64,000 bases of DNA from Octopus vulgaris (lineage: Eukaryota), in assembly GCA_951406725.2 (NCBI GenBank), contig OX597814.1:38998001-39062000 (forward strand), given 5' to 3'. The translations under genes and the position numbers were made by a program. This document shows positions 26,170-39,190 of this stretch, in pieces. The notes under the pieces are model-generated. The model was not told the origin of the DNA, searched no databases, and saw nothing but the letters and a program-made list of their open reading frames with translations. Each line of letters starts with the position of its first letter. The first letter of the stretch is position 1.

Positions 26170-26355
26170 CTGGGAAAGTACGGACAAAATAATATGCTTA
26201 GCATTATTTCATCCGTCATTTTGTTCTGATTTCAACAGCCATCGATGTTGACTTTGTATCTCAACCTTTTGGAGTCCCTGAAATATGTATGTACCATTTG
26301 AGTGTTGGGGTAGATATAACTAAGTCCCCTCCTTATAAATTTGCTGCCTTGGAAA
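26170..26355 (+). mobile_element. Old SINE S1 copy
   Basis: ATGCTTAGCATTATTTC...GTTCTGATTTCAA...GTTGACTTTG. Confidence 0.55.
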
Positions 26356-27331
26356 AAATTATATATATATATATTCCCTTTAGAGAATAACCAGAAATAT
26401 ATTTGGCGAAGACAAAATACATTAACATATAGATCTTAATAACTGTTTCAAAAATTCAGCTAATATTTGTGTAATAATGCGTATACGCATATTGGTGCAA
26501 TAATGTACAAGCATCAACTAACACAAGGAAGTGAATTATAAGCAAGGGGGTTGAAACGCTGAATGTTCACTTCAGAAGGAGTGGCAAAATTCTTCCTCCG
26601 TGTAGATTCTCCACCGTTCTATCACCTCCCTTCTGATGTCATATTGTCGTTATTTCTGTTCTCTTAAAAGTCGGTTTACAGCTGTATAATTTGCATTTTC
26701 CTCCTCCTTCAATACCTCATCTTCTCCAGATTGGGCATATTAATGCTTTATATTTATGTGTTGATAATAATTTCTATTTATTCATCATTGCAAGAGCCAT
26801 TTGGGTAATACACCAATTTGCATCAGCCAATGTTTGAATAACAGATCCAAGAGTAAAGATCTATCTAAAGCTATCATTTTTCTTCGCCAAATATCTTTGA
26901 TTGCATTTGTGCACCATTGTCTCGGATATTAGTGACGTATTGTCACATATAACGGCTTGTATACCTTTTGTGTTTATTACACGCTTGACCTATACATTTC
27001 ATATGGAAACCTCTTGTGATGATTGACTGATAATTAATTGATGGTTGATTGATCGATTGATAGATTTTAAGCAGCAATAATGTGGAAATTCTGACTGAAA
27101 ACGCGTGAAATTCCAAATTCTTATGAATACTAACAATTATTATTTCAAATTGTACCTGGAATCTTTTGTTAAAAATTAGGTTTACAGCGTCACGTAATTT
27201 ATAAGTAGACTTTAATATCTCCCTCATAAAAGGAGGTGGGTTTGACTGAAAATATTAGTTAATAACATACCAAAAAATGTAAATGTTACACAAATGACTA
27301 CAGCTATGCATTTCACTATATATATATAGAC

Positions 27332-27366
<35 letters not shown>

Positions 27367-27815
27367 GAGAGAGAGAAGTTATGAGAGGTAAGACTGAAAG
27401 GTGTCAGGTAAGGCTGAGTAAGTGCTATTGACAGACTATAGTCGAACTCCAGGTTCGGTGATTATGTGAATGAGGAGTCCAACATATGTCATATATCAGC
27501 ATGTGTATATACAGAAAAATGAACAGAATGACAGAAAATAATAAGATTAAAAGAAAGAGATAAAAGAATAGGATTAAATAATGCCCTCGATTCAATAATA
27601 TCGTGTACAAACTCTATACTTGGAATGACCAATTTTTAATACTACTCGAACTAACTCACAAGATACTGGAATTTTATATGTATACTATTCTGCCTAAATA
27701 ATTGATCTACAGATACAATATCCTTGCGTATCTCACGTCTAATTTCATTCCTCGACTTCACTCTCTAGTTCATATTTTATCTGAAGTAACTATTGCTTAA
27801 CTATATCCTCACACC

Positions 27816-27863
27816 GTCTCCGATGAAGGGATATATAAAATATCACGGAAACAGCTGTAAGAC
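27816..27863 (+). ncRNA. Type I hammerhead-like ribozyme, variant core CCGATGA
   Basis: gtct-CCGATGA-a-gggata tataaaa tatcac-g-GAAA-cagctg-TA-agac. Confidence 0.6.
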
Positions 27864-27992
27864 CTATTTATAAATGTTCTAAAACCTTTCACAGCCTTGG
27901 ATTTTTATCTCATTCTATATTTTGTTTTATATGTATATATGTATATACGTATATGTATATATGTACTTATATACGTATCCATATCTATATCT

Positions 27993-28023
<31 letters not shown>

Positions 28024-28039
28024 TATATATATATAATCC

Positions 28040-28235
28040 AAACATGAAAACACAGAGAGAAAGCACAACAACGCGAGGATGCGGAACACGTATAGTGTAA
28101 TTCGACGCTCAGGAAAGGAAAGAAAGAAAGGAGGATTTAACGTTTTGAGTGGAGCTCGTCGTAAGAAACAAAGAAAAACGAAAGGTCCAAGGAAGGGAAG
28201 ACGGAGGAAGAAAATTGCTAATGATACACACGCGT
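28040..28235 (-). mobile_element. Penelope-derived-like repeat with degenerate HHR (28136-28168)
   Basis: Minus strand ttt-CTTACGA-c-gagc tcc actc-AAAA-cg-TT-aaa, with two core substitutions; flanked by microsatellites. Confidence 0.45.
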
Positions 28236-28282
28236 CTATGTGTGTGTGCATGTGTGTATATGAGCGTGTGTGTGGCTTAGCT

Positions 28283-28321
<39 letters not shown>

Positions 28322-28424
28322 TGTATCTATATGTGTGTGTGTGTGAGTGTGTGTGAACGTACATACAAATATAAAATATCAAACATTTTTATTGTGTGTA
28401 TATGAGATACACACAAGTCTCAAA

Positions 28425-28830
28425 CGTTGTTGTGTTTGCTTCTTGATTCCAGGTTCAGTTCCACTACGTGGAAACTTCAGCAAGTGTCTTCTACTATAGC
28501 CTCAGACACACCAAAATCTTGTTACTGAATTTGGTGGCCAGAAACTAAAAGAAACCCGTCGCGCGCGCGCGTGTGTGTATGCTTGTATTTATGTGTATTT
28601 GTGTACGTGAGTTTATTTGAGTATATGCGTCTGTCAGTGTCTGTGATTGTCTCCAGTTTTGTTTGTCAACCGCCGTTTGGTGTTTTCCGAAACTTAGAAG
28701 CTTGTCGAAATATGAACTATCGAATAAATACCAGGATTTAAAAAAGAACTGTGATAGTTACCTTCGTCTAAAACTCTTTTAAGCGGTGCCCGAGCATTTT
28801 CATAGACTAAGGCCAGTCACAGTTATAAGA
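28425..28830 (+). mobile_element. tRNA-derived SINE S3 with internal microsatellite
   Basis: GGTTCAGTTCCACTACGTGG..CAAGTGTCTTCTACTATAGCCTC...GAAACTAAAAGAAACCCGTCG. Homologous to 42108-42262 and 50405-50810. Confidence 0.75.
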
Positions 28831-29527
28831 TTAAAGAGAAAATGCATCTATTTGTTTTCTGCTGGTATACTTCCTTCATATATATTCTCAAAAGTGAAAA
28901 TTTGCATTTGATATTTTATAAATCACTTCATTCCTCAATATCACTCCATTCCTCGAACCTACCAGAGGGTATTATATATTCTCTGCAGAAAAAATAAGAA
29001 AAAAAAAAAGGTCAGTTCTCAAGTTTGCTTGAAAAGTGCACAGCAAGAAAATCTCGGGTACTGGGTCAGATACGCCTCGAATCTTGTATGAAATTTGCAC
29101 ACTAGCACACCCACATATATATGAAATAATAAATAAATATAAGTAAATATGTATATTGTCTACGTTAATATAACAGCTATCTTTTCTTTTCGTTTTATTT
29201 TTATTCTTCATTAATATAAGTGTTAAAATCGGTTCGGCTATAATATGTGTTACGCGACATTGTGTCGATGGGCATGCGACTCGACGATTTCTGTTCCACG
29301 AGAATTCCCTGGCTGTGCAGTAATCCATTCTCACGTGATATTAATTAGGCATTTATTCAGCAGCATTATATGTGTGCACAGTGACTTGGACGTATGTTTA
29401 TCTATAACCATCTGAGAATAGATATTTACATAATTTGTCATGCTTATGAATGTTTAAGTATATACATATACACATAGTGAGACTGAACTCTGCGCATGTA
29501 TATATATATATATATACATACATATAC

Positions 29528-29586
<59 letters not shown>

Positions 29587-29594
29587 CATACACA

Positions 29595-29625
29595 CTAGCA
29601 ATGTATCCCGGCGTTGCCAAGGTCT
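29595..29625 (-). mobile_element. Helitron-like 3' terminus
   Basis: A|CTAG followed by a CCCGGCGTTGCCAAGG hairpin remnant, next to (TA)n. Confidence 0.4.
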
Positions 29626-31599
29626 ACCTACCGCCAGATTATATTATTCGTTCATTTCTTGTGGGCAGAATCGTCTACAAACTCTCAATGTTTCACTGTC
29701 GTCTGATATTTCACCCTGCTTAGAATTGAATTGAAATAGCAGCTGTAAGATATATAAGCCCACCACCAGAAAACCCGACATGCTAGAAATAACAGGTAAA
29801 CGACATTAATCCTGAAGAAAATTTCCGCTTTCCAAAAGACCTAAAAGTGAAATTTTGTGAGTTTGTAGCTTTTTGAAAGTGGTGAGGTAATGGGTGGATG
29901 TTTGGGTAGGTGATTTTACTGTTCCTTTAATAAAAAAATAAAGAAAAATTCTCAAAGGCTCATATTTTCTGTTGTTCTCCACTGGATTACCAAGAAGAAA
30001 AAAATTAATCACTGTTTGTGAAGCTGTCAAGAAGTATATGCGCGTATTTGTAGGGTTGATATGCTCGGGAAACGTGCATGAAAACGTATACACATATATA
30101 AGGTATTGAAATAAATCTTCTTTACAGTCAATGTTTGTAATTATCTATATAACTGATAGCAAGGTGTGTAAAAAATGAAATTAATTCCAGGTTTATACAT
30201 ATATCGATGGTGGTAGTGAAGATGTCACCTATTTTTGACAACATAGTGTCTCCATACATTTTAATAAGAAGTTGAAAGAGGGAGATAATGCCACTCTGTC
30301 AGCAGAAACAGTGAAGTGCAGTGGAAGGCGTTGCCTGCCAAATTCAAGGTAAACTTATTTAGACATATTTACCATCCCAAAACAGTATACCTTCAGAAGA
30401 AGCCCCCACCTGCGTGTATTTCCTCATAACATATAGAGAAATAGGCATTTTAAAATTATTTTTTTGGTTGTTGCTTATTTTAATAAAATATGTATGTGCA
30501 CATTTTCATAAATCTTTGCATGGTGCGATCACCCCTTTATAGTTGTTAGTGGCTTAGCAGTCATGCTTGGAGTACGAATTAGAAAGTATTGTTCAAGTTT
30601 GTCTTCATTTGGAATGAAGAAAACCTTGTAAATATAACTTCTTTTGCGCGCACAAACACACATATACGCTGTAGGTGAAACTTTAGTAACAATTACAATA
30701 TTTGTTGCTGTATGCACGCAGAAAATTACAGATCAACTCCAGTGGAAATGACCTATTTTTACATTCGTGTTTGTGATGAGCGTTTTGAAAATACTGAACT
30801 TCGATATAAACTATAAAATTATTTTATTTCAGAAAACGTTGTTTCTTGTATGTCGGAGGTGTTCCCTCTCCCACATTTTTCTCCAAAATTTGTTCGGATT
30901 CTTATGCTTTCAATATAGGAAATTACGATTTTACCGATAAATCACGCTTTCAAAATTTCAAATTTCTCCCCTCCCCACCCCAATTGCTTAATTTTGAATT
31001 TCTTCCATTTTTTTTTTTTGTTTTTGTTTTTGTAATACACGTAGTGAAATTCAAAGATTACAACGAATCTGTTAGAAGATTTTAATTTTTAAAAATTTTT
31101 CTGAAATAAACACTCCCCAGAATCTACCATCTATCATTTCCCCGATTTCAAAAAGATAAAACCTCGGAATGTTTTAGCTTTTTGCAAAGCTTGGAAGTTC
31201 CTACAGAAATAATGTCGTGTGGGTGTTGCTTGTAGCACTTCGGGTTTGTGGAGGTGGTTCGATATTTTTTACGTGAGCTTTTCTCAGTAGAATTCTACGC
31301 ATGCGGGACACATTGGAGGAAAATGAAATAAATCGAAATATTGCCCCAAAATGACCTCAAAATTGTGCCGCTGAACGTTGTTTACGAGGTTTTTCAAGTA
31401 TTTGGTGAACAAAAGATTAGTGAATCGTTTGATACCTCGTATGCCAAAATCGGCAACACAGTTTTCCAATGAATAAGGAACACATGCACGGACACACACA
31501 CGCACACACACACACAATACGCACATATACACGCACAAGCTGTCTCATATCGATATGTATGTGTGTTTATATATACATACACACACACACACACAAATA

Positions 31600-31666
<67 letters not shown>

Positions 31667-31704
31667 TGATGCAGATATCTAAACATATGTGTGTGTGTGT
31701 GACC

Positions 31705-32925
31705 ATACATATCAAAACGTTCCAGGACTAGTTCTGAAGCGCGCCACCATATGGAAGTGTACAGTTTCGTGCGTAGTGGGAGCTACGTGGCGTTGCGCCG
31801 AGCGACATCAACGTGTTTACTTCGCAATTTCAGAAGTTTTGTGCGATTTTCTGTACGCTGTAATATGCGATCTTGTCATAGGCAGGAAGTTGGAACTAAG
31901 AACCAACTTGAAATATTTTGCGTCCAACTTGATAAGTCTGCTAAATAGAAATTGAACAAGCTACGGCAAGATTAAGGCAACAAAGTAATTGGGTGTACTC
32001 AATATTTCGAGTTGCACGGGCGCTTCAAAAATGGGGGGACCTCTCTGGAAGACGATAAGTTATTTAGAAGACCTGTCATGAGCTTAACCACGGGAAATGT
32101 GGAGAAAATTCACGTGCATGTGCATAAGGATGTCGGAAGACAATCAATGACATTGCTGATGCTGTCGCTCTGTCGTATGGATCCGTGCAAGCAATCCTAA
32201 CGTCTAAAGTGAACATGCAGCGCATCTCAGTAAATACATCTCGCCGCCTTTGTCAATAACCTGTTGAGAATCATCACGGGTGACTAAAGCTGAGTAAACG
32301 GATACGACCCTACAATGAAGCAGCAGTCGTTACAATGGAATAGGCCTTTATACACACAAACGATGAAAGCACGACAGAGCCGCAGCTTAATGATGAGCAT
32401 TCTCAAATTTTTTTTTCGACATCCTCAGGCAATGTGCATCGAGAATTAGTCTTTCAAGGCTAGACCATCTGTCCAGTGTTCTACTCTGATATTCTGAAGC
32501 GTTTCATGGAGGACATTCAGCGAAATCGATTGGACCTGCGAAGCGTCATGAAATGTAATCTTCATGACGGCAATTCCCCCAGTAACCTAGCTCTCCTCAC
32601 CCTCGGGTTCCTAGGTAAAAGCAACATGGTATCGCTTCCGCACCTGCCTTATTCGCCAGATTTTACGCCTTCGAAGTTCCATCCCTTCTCGAAATCAAAA
32701 TGGCAGCCCAAATGTCGTCGATGTAGCACCGTACTCGAGATCCAGAGCGAATCGCAGAATTTTCTTGAACAACTTACGAAATACGACTTCCAGAAGTGAC
32801 AGAAACGCTGGAGCCAGTGGACTGCTGCGCAATGTGGCTTCTATGAAGGAGATTATGTTAATATATACGTAAACAAGTTATTTTAATTAAACATAATTAG
32901 CCTGATGAATATTTGCTACACCTCG
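31705..32925 (+). mobile_element. Near full-length decayed mariner transposon
   Basis: RFKNGGTSLEDD..RP, IITGD*S..GYDP, LHDGNSP and LPHLPYSPDFTP motifs. Right end ...ACACCTCG|TA. Confidence 0.9.
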
Positions 32926-33108
32926 TATTTGAAGATTTAGTTCATTTTCCAGCATATCTACTATGAACTTCTGCAAATTATTAATATAATGATTATTAAT
33001 TAACTCTCAGCTTCCTGAGAGTGGTGTCGAGTTAGAACATTGCGTATTTTTTCTCATATTTTCCTGTAGTTTTTCTGTTCCACGTAAATATACGTGTGTA
33101 TCTATCTG

Positions 33109-33227
<119 letters not shown>

Positions 33228-33525
33228 GGAGGTGCAATGGCCCAGTGGTTAGGGCAGCGGACTCGTGGTCGTAGGATTGTGGTTTCGATCCTAGACCGAG
33301 CGTTGTGAGTGTTTATTGAGTGAAACGCCTAAAGCTCCACGAGGCTCCGGAAGAGGGTATCGGCGATCCCTTATGTACTCTTTCGCCACAACTTTCTCTC
33401 ACTCTTTCTTCTGTTGGCCTGCTCGCTTAGCAGGTGGCGTTATTTGAAGGCTAAGACAATGCGAAGCGCATTGTGACCAGCATGTGTAAGCAACATCTGA
33501 TAGTCTGGTCGGTCACGGGATCACA
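33228..33525 (+). mobile_element. Full-length tRNA-derived SINE S2
   Basis: A box TGGCCCAGTGG and B box GTTTCGATCC; inserted in (TA)n; second copy at 50092-50363. Confidence 0.88.
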
Positions 33526-33557
33526 TATTTATATATATATATATATATATACATATA

Positions 33558-33624
<67 letters not shown>

Positions 33625-34074
33625 CGGTATATGTCTGTGTGCGTGCGTACGTGTGTGTATGTGATCTCTCTCATATAGAACTTTACGTGTATTAAGGTGG
33701 GATATTGAAAGAATAATTCATGACAAAGATCAAAACTTTGCAGTAGTATACTACTTGATTATTTTGTATCTGCATGAGTATTGACTTACACCTGTTGGCT
33801 ACCGTTTGATTATGGAGTGTCACGTATAATCTCTAGTTACTGTATGTTGGAGGGGGGCATCGATATTGTTTGGAGAAATACCATTTTCTTCAATAGCATT
33901 TTTTGTTTTTTCAGTTTTCCCATATCTTCCATATAATATCTATTTAATATAAACTAATTATGTATTCAAACTAATAATCAGAAAGGAGAGAAACCTGATG
34001 AGGTGTAATTTAAATTTCATCTCGCCTAAAATAAATAATCCATTTACTCCATACGCACAAGTATTGAAATTTGA

Positions 34075-34245
34075 TTGAAATGGTTTGTCGATTACCTCTA
34101 ATTAAGTACCTTCCAGGTAGTTTACTTGTCGGGCCAGGGGCATAAAAATAAAGGTTTACCTCCGCAGAATTGGAGCTCAGAACGTAAACAGCCAAATGAA
34201 ATACCACTTAAGCATTTTGTCTGCTTTCTAACTATTCTGCCAGTC
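34075..34245 (-). mobile_element. SINE S1 copy
   Basis: CTCCGCAGAATTGGAGCTCAGAACGTAAA...TAAGCATTTTGTC. Confidence 0.65.
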
Positions 34246-36007
34246 CCTGCTTTAGATAAATATAAATAATGATAATGCAACTCATTCGACTATTATTTGA
34301 ATTGAATTCATAGCTGAATAGACTATATCCCCACCCTGCAGATTAGGAGATATCATCCCCAGTTAGAAACATAACTATTATGTGATGGTAGGAACACTAA
34401 GTTTAAAAACAAGCTAGACTAAAGTTATACAAATTGAGTTCCCAACACAGAATCAGGAATCGAAATTGTAAACTAGGTCGTTAAAATTAATGAATGCAAA
34501 AGTACATGTGAGGATATTATGAAGATTCCTACAGAAACCAGTTTCGTTTAGTCAGAGTACGTAATAGCAATTAAAACCTCTACGTAGATCAGATTTATAT
34601 TATTATATCAGACTATCTAATTGACAGTCATACCATTTCGCACTTTGCTAATATTTCCTTCGAAATCGCATCAAGTGCGTCTCAAAAGCAGTTAGGTCAC
34701 AACAGTTATTAACCAACAGCCAGTTGGCAAGAGGGTTCATTTAACGTACAGCAAGTATCAAAATATGATATAAATTTCGAAGAAGGTGCGTTCATTATTT
34801 AAGCGACCAATATGTCCATATAATGGATTGCTCGATTGCTTCTATCCGGAAGATAAAACATGTCAATAATGGCCGGAACAAATTAATCCTCCGGGCTGAG
34901 AACTTATGGATTACATAAGCTTAAGCTACGGCTTATTGATCTGGAATGTGTGGTTTCAGTGTTAGAATTAGATACCAATATGGTGATATAATATCTAGAA
35001 TATTGGCAGCGAAAGTATTTCAGACTTGAATTGCTTGTGCATTATGCAATATTTTCCTAGCATTTAATATGAGATAGAACTATTTGGAATAAATTTTATA
35101 CGATGTTGATATTCACCTACAGGTTAAAATAAGATCAAACCTATGCTATTTTAGTTTGTTTTAGAAAAGGCACCAAATAATAAATATTTCCTATAGGTAA
35201 ATTAATAAGGATTCCTCTACTTGCTCGACTTGCTGGGAATAGACGCTAAATTTTCCTCACATTACACGGTGACATCTATTAAAATTAAAATACTTGTTTC
35301 ATACAGAAAAAATAAAATAGTCCTGAATGATCTTAAGTCCTGTTTAGCCAGTCTAATCCGGGTCTTGAGTGTTATCGCGTGCGTTTTCACGACTAGCAGC
35401 GTTTAGAAAATGAAGATGAGAATTGCAATGCCACAAAGACTAAAAGTATAATCATGTGAATTATTTATCTAAAATATTTGCTAGTATTTAAATGCAACAC
35501 CTAGCTTTTAATCATTATCAATAGTTATGTACATAAATTTATGCCTATACATACTAGCCCACAGCGAACATGTGGGCAAGCAAGATATCATTTACACTCG
35601 CTGAACGTCGAAGAAATATGAGTCAATAATTACTGAAGAGTTTACCTGAAAGCAAATGAGCAATGTAGTTCAAGATAATATGATTGCGAAGTATTACAAC
35701 AATATTTCTGTCCTTAATCAATGAATTAAAATTGTTTTGACTATATTCACATACTGTAATTGGTAACTCGTTTAATATTACTTATCCAAGTGAAAAGCCA
35801 GACAATACACAACATGCACCTTCTTGTTTATAGAAGGTTGTTTTCATGGGGTTTAAATTAACTACTTTAAGCATCGTGAACATGCTGCTCCGTATTTCTA
35901 AAACAGATTCCTCCATTAATCAAAAAGTGTACTTTTCTAATTACCAATTGCATGGAAAACTACAATAGCATTATTAACATTTTGTGCCTACCATATTATA
36001 TAATACG

Positions 36008-36205
36008 AACTCGCAGAATCGTTAGCAAGGATAAAAATCTGAGCGGCATTTTTTCGCGTCTTACCTTGTGTTTAAATTCCGTTGAGGTAGATTTTGTCTT
36101 TTGTCATTTCGTGGTCGACAAACTAAGTACCAGTTGAGCATAGGCCTCGGGGTAATTGATTCGTGCCTTACTCCAATATTTCAGCCCTTGTGCCTATAAC
36201 AGAAA
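36008..36205 (+). mobile_element. SINE S1 copy
   Basis: GCAGAATCGTTAGCA...AAATTCCGTTGAGGT...AAGTACCAGTTGAGCA. Confidence 0.7.
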
Positions 36206-37390
36206 GGGTATTATATACCACAGAACACTTGGATTTCCATGACCTCAAAATATATCCTTTACTTTGTTAAAATGGTAGTATGTGGCTAATTATCGCACTG
36301 AGTTCGATAAAGCAGTTTAGATAAAATAAGAAAAAACAGTATAGCCCTACGCATACAAAGAGGGTAACCGATATACATTTAAGTGTAACCTTTAACGCTG
36401 TGGGTGATATGCGTATGGTCTAAATCTCATCATTATAGCAGTTGTTTCCTTTAGTTTTTATCTCAAATTACAATTCATTTTGTTTTAAATTACATTTCAA
36501 AATTTATCTGATAATTATAGTTTTCTATCATACGAGTAGTATACTATTGCTCGATAAAAATACAGTAAATAAGTTGATTCATTTTACGCACAATCTCTCT
36601 CCCAAAATGGAGTCTAGACAAAATCAGATGGAGTCATGCATGCATTATTAATTTCTAAAAATAGTTAAGCACCTAATTATGATGAGCGTGCAGCCTATTA
36701 AATTGCCTCCAATATGTAACTAGTATTTAAAATTTTAAGCATCAAGGCAGAGTTCGAGGATTTTGATCTCTTATTTTCGGAAGACGAAACTGAATAAAGT
36801 AAAGCCATTTTGTACGCCGCCCACACGATTCAACCAGTAATCTGAATTTTCACGCATATAATACTGAGAAGTGAATGCATGCGCATAAGTGCTTCCCTAA
36901 TTAGAGCTGTGTCTCTGTACTGGAAACTTCATCTTGTTCATAAATCTTCTTTATGTATAGAAATGTGCGTTCTCGAGATGCTTCACATCAGCAGTGAGGA
37001 AGTTGACCTATGTAGAAGCGGGTCCTGCTTTGTCACCTGTAACTACCTCCATCTTATTAAGACATAGTATGCATTTCCTTTTTATAGTGGCAGGTAATCA
37101 ATTCAGCAAGATTTTTCATCTATTTTTAGGAGATTGTTCGTTCACCAAAAATTTACTCAGCTAATTCCTTTTCACGGAATACATAGCCTTAGTATCATAT
37201 AAATGACAAACAATCTTATGTATTCTGCATTCAAGAAAGCTGCACGAGGAATCATTAAGAATAGAGAAGAGATTCAAGAGCTTGGAGGATATCATTTTGT
37301 AGAATATCTTCCAAGGCTGAATTATATTACCTGTTTCGAGGAGTGTGTGAGAAAACTGCTGAATAGTTTCTCGTGAACTTGACAACTTAC

Positions 37391-37516
37391 CATAAATAGT
37401 TGAAGTAATCAGAAAACGTGTATTTTCATAATGTTCTTCTGTTAGTGCTGTAATAGGAGAACTGCGAAACAGTATTTGGGAGGAACATTTGTGAACGTTA
37501 TCCATATACATAAAAA
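37391..37516 (-). CDS. Candidate internal coding exon (126 bp, phase 1-1), WD40-repeat-like peptide
   Basis: Acceptor TTTCTATTCAG| and donor G|GTAAGT. Open frame (V)FMYMDNVHKCSSQILFRSSPITALTEEHYENTRFLITSTIYG lies inside non-repetitive ORF 37161-37571. Confidence 0.35.
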
Positions 37517-38099
37517 CTGAATAGAAATTCAGAATAGTTGCTGCTCTACTATAAAGATGCGTACAGCACACAGTGAAATAGACAATATAGGTATTCGATT
37601 GATTTTGTGGGATAAAAATTCACATGATTTAATTTACTTTTAATAGGCCCTATTAACCAATAGTTCAAAAACGGTTCTATTTCTATAGTGTAAGATCTCA
37701 CTGCGTGTGCGTATTTTCTTTCAAGTTCGGGTAACGTATTTACATATAATATTGTCGAATGGGAAAATATCAGAATTAAATTGAAAGTAATTAAAATTTC
37801 AAATTAAAATAGTTACAATGAAAAGAGTGTAACGTCAAACAATTCATGCTGTTTCGCCAAATGAAATAACTATACGTATATTAATAGAAGAGTGTTGTAG
37901 TCGCTTAAGGCATTATGTGATGTATACATCTACATACAAACAATTATAAATACATATATATATATATATATATGTGTGTGTATAGGTGTGTGTGTGTGTG
38001 TATATATATATACTCAACTATGTGTTATATAATGTGAATAAACTAAAGATGTAATTGGAAAATTAAAGATCAAAAATATCAATAAAATATAAAATAGAA

Positions 38100-39190
38100 C
38101 ATCACCTTAAAAAAGATGTAATTAGTGGAGATATTTCGGGTAAAACATTTTTTTGCTAAAACTATTGTGAGAAAAAGTAAGAGAAAAAATTACGTATATT
38201 AGGTAGACGGGTCAATGTTTAGGGTATCGGGTTGTGTAAAAACTATGTAGGCTGTTATACTGCGCCTTAGATTGTATTGTATGGGCTCTCACGTACGTGG
38301 ATACAATGCGTAAGATCTTGCTATACACAGTGTCCATAGTGAATAGCATCGCATTAATTTCAAGTCAGATTTGTTTGGAGGTGTGGAGGGTTTTTTTTTA
38401 TATTCATGAAAATTATTTCTTTATTCTGCAAGTTACATATGTCAATATATACAGATTTGATTGAGACTACCTTCATTATTTTATTCTCATGTATTTGTCA
38501 AGGTATTTCATAATTGGTGATGCACATATACGGAGAGGTTTCTCAGTTTAGATTTCTAGCGAACAAATTTTGCTACCTGTTTAATATTCGTTAGTTTGGT
38601 GTAGTAGACGCCGTACATTACAATGTCGGCAGTAATATGTCTCAGCTGTACTTCAGGCCGTTTTCCGGTGTACTTATCTTTCTTTTCTTGATGTACCATT
38701 TCTTACATTCACATTACTGTACAAAGATACCTGAGAAAACCTGCTGTATGTCCATTAATTCCATGTGGATAATATTACAGTCACCAGCAGTTAAAAATTT
38801 GCTGAAATTTGATAATTTGAGAAAATAGGTGTTGGAAAATTTTGTTTAAGGGCCGACATTAATCACTGAGGATGACTGATTACAGATACGATGTGTCCAT
38901 TCGGACTCATAGAAGTTTTGTAAGTGTGTGATTATGATTAATGTAATCTTCTGGGCTATTGAATTTAATCGAAAATTTAATCCATAGGTAGTTAGTGGAT
39001 TTTTGTCATATGTGACAGTTTTTAGCTTTCAAACGGGGACGGTGGAGGAAAAGGTTTCTATAAGTGACTTTATTGCAGATGTTGCTGTTGGTTGCAACGC
39101 CGTGATATTGAAACCTGCATATCGAGTAGGGGAGAGACCAAGTGTTTCAGTATGTTCAGTGTCCGTGGACATTCATGATTACAAGGTGTA
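38100..39190 (-). pseudogene. Very decayed LINE fragment (APE endonuclease region)
   Basis: Minus-strand fragments HIVSVI.HP and FLTAGDCNIIH (GDFN-like); many stops. Confidence 0.3.

Noticed and set aside
33228-33300. tRNA-like sequence
   Set aside because: It is the head of SINE S2 (second copy at 50092-50363), not a tRNA gene.
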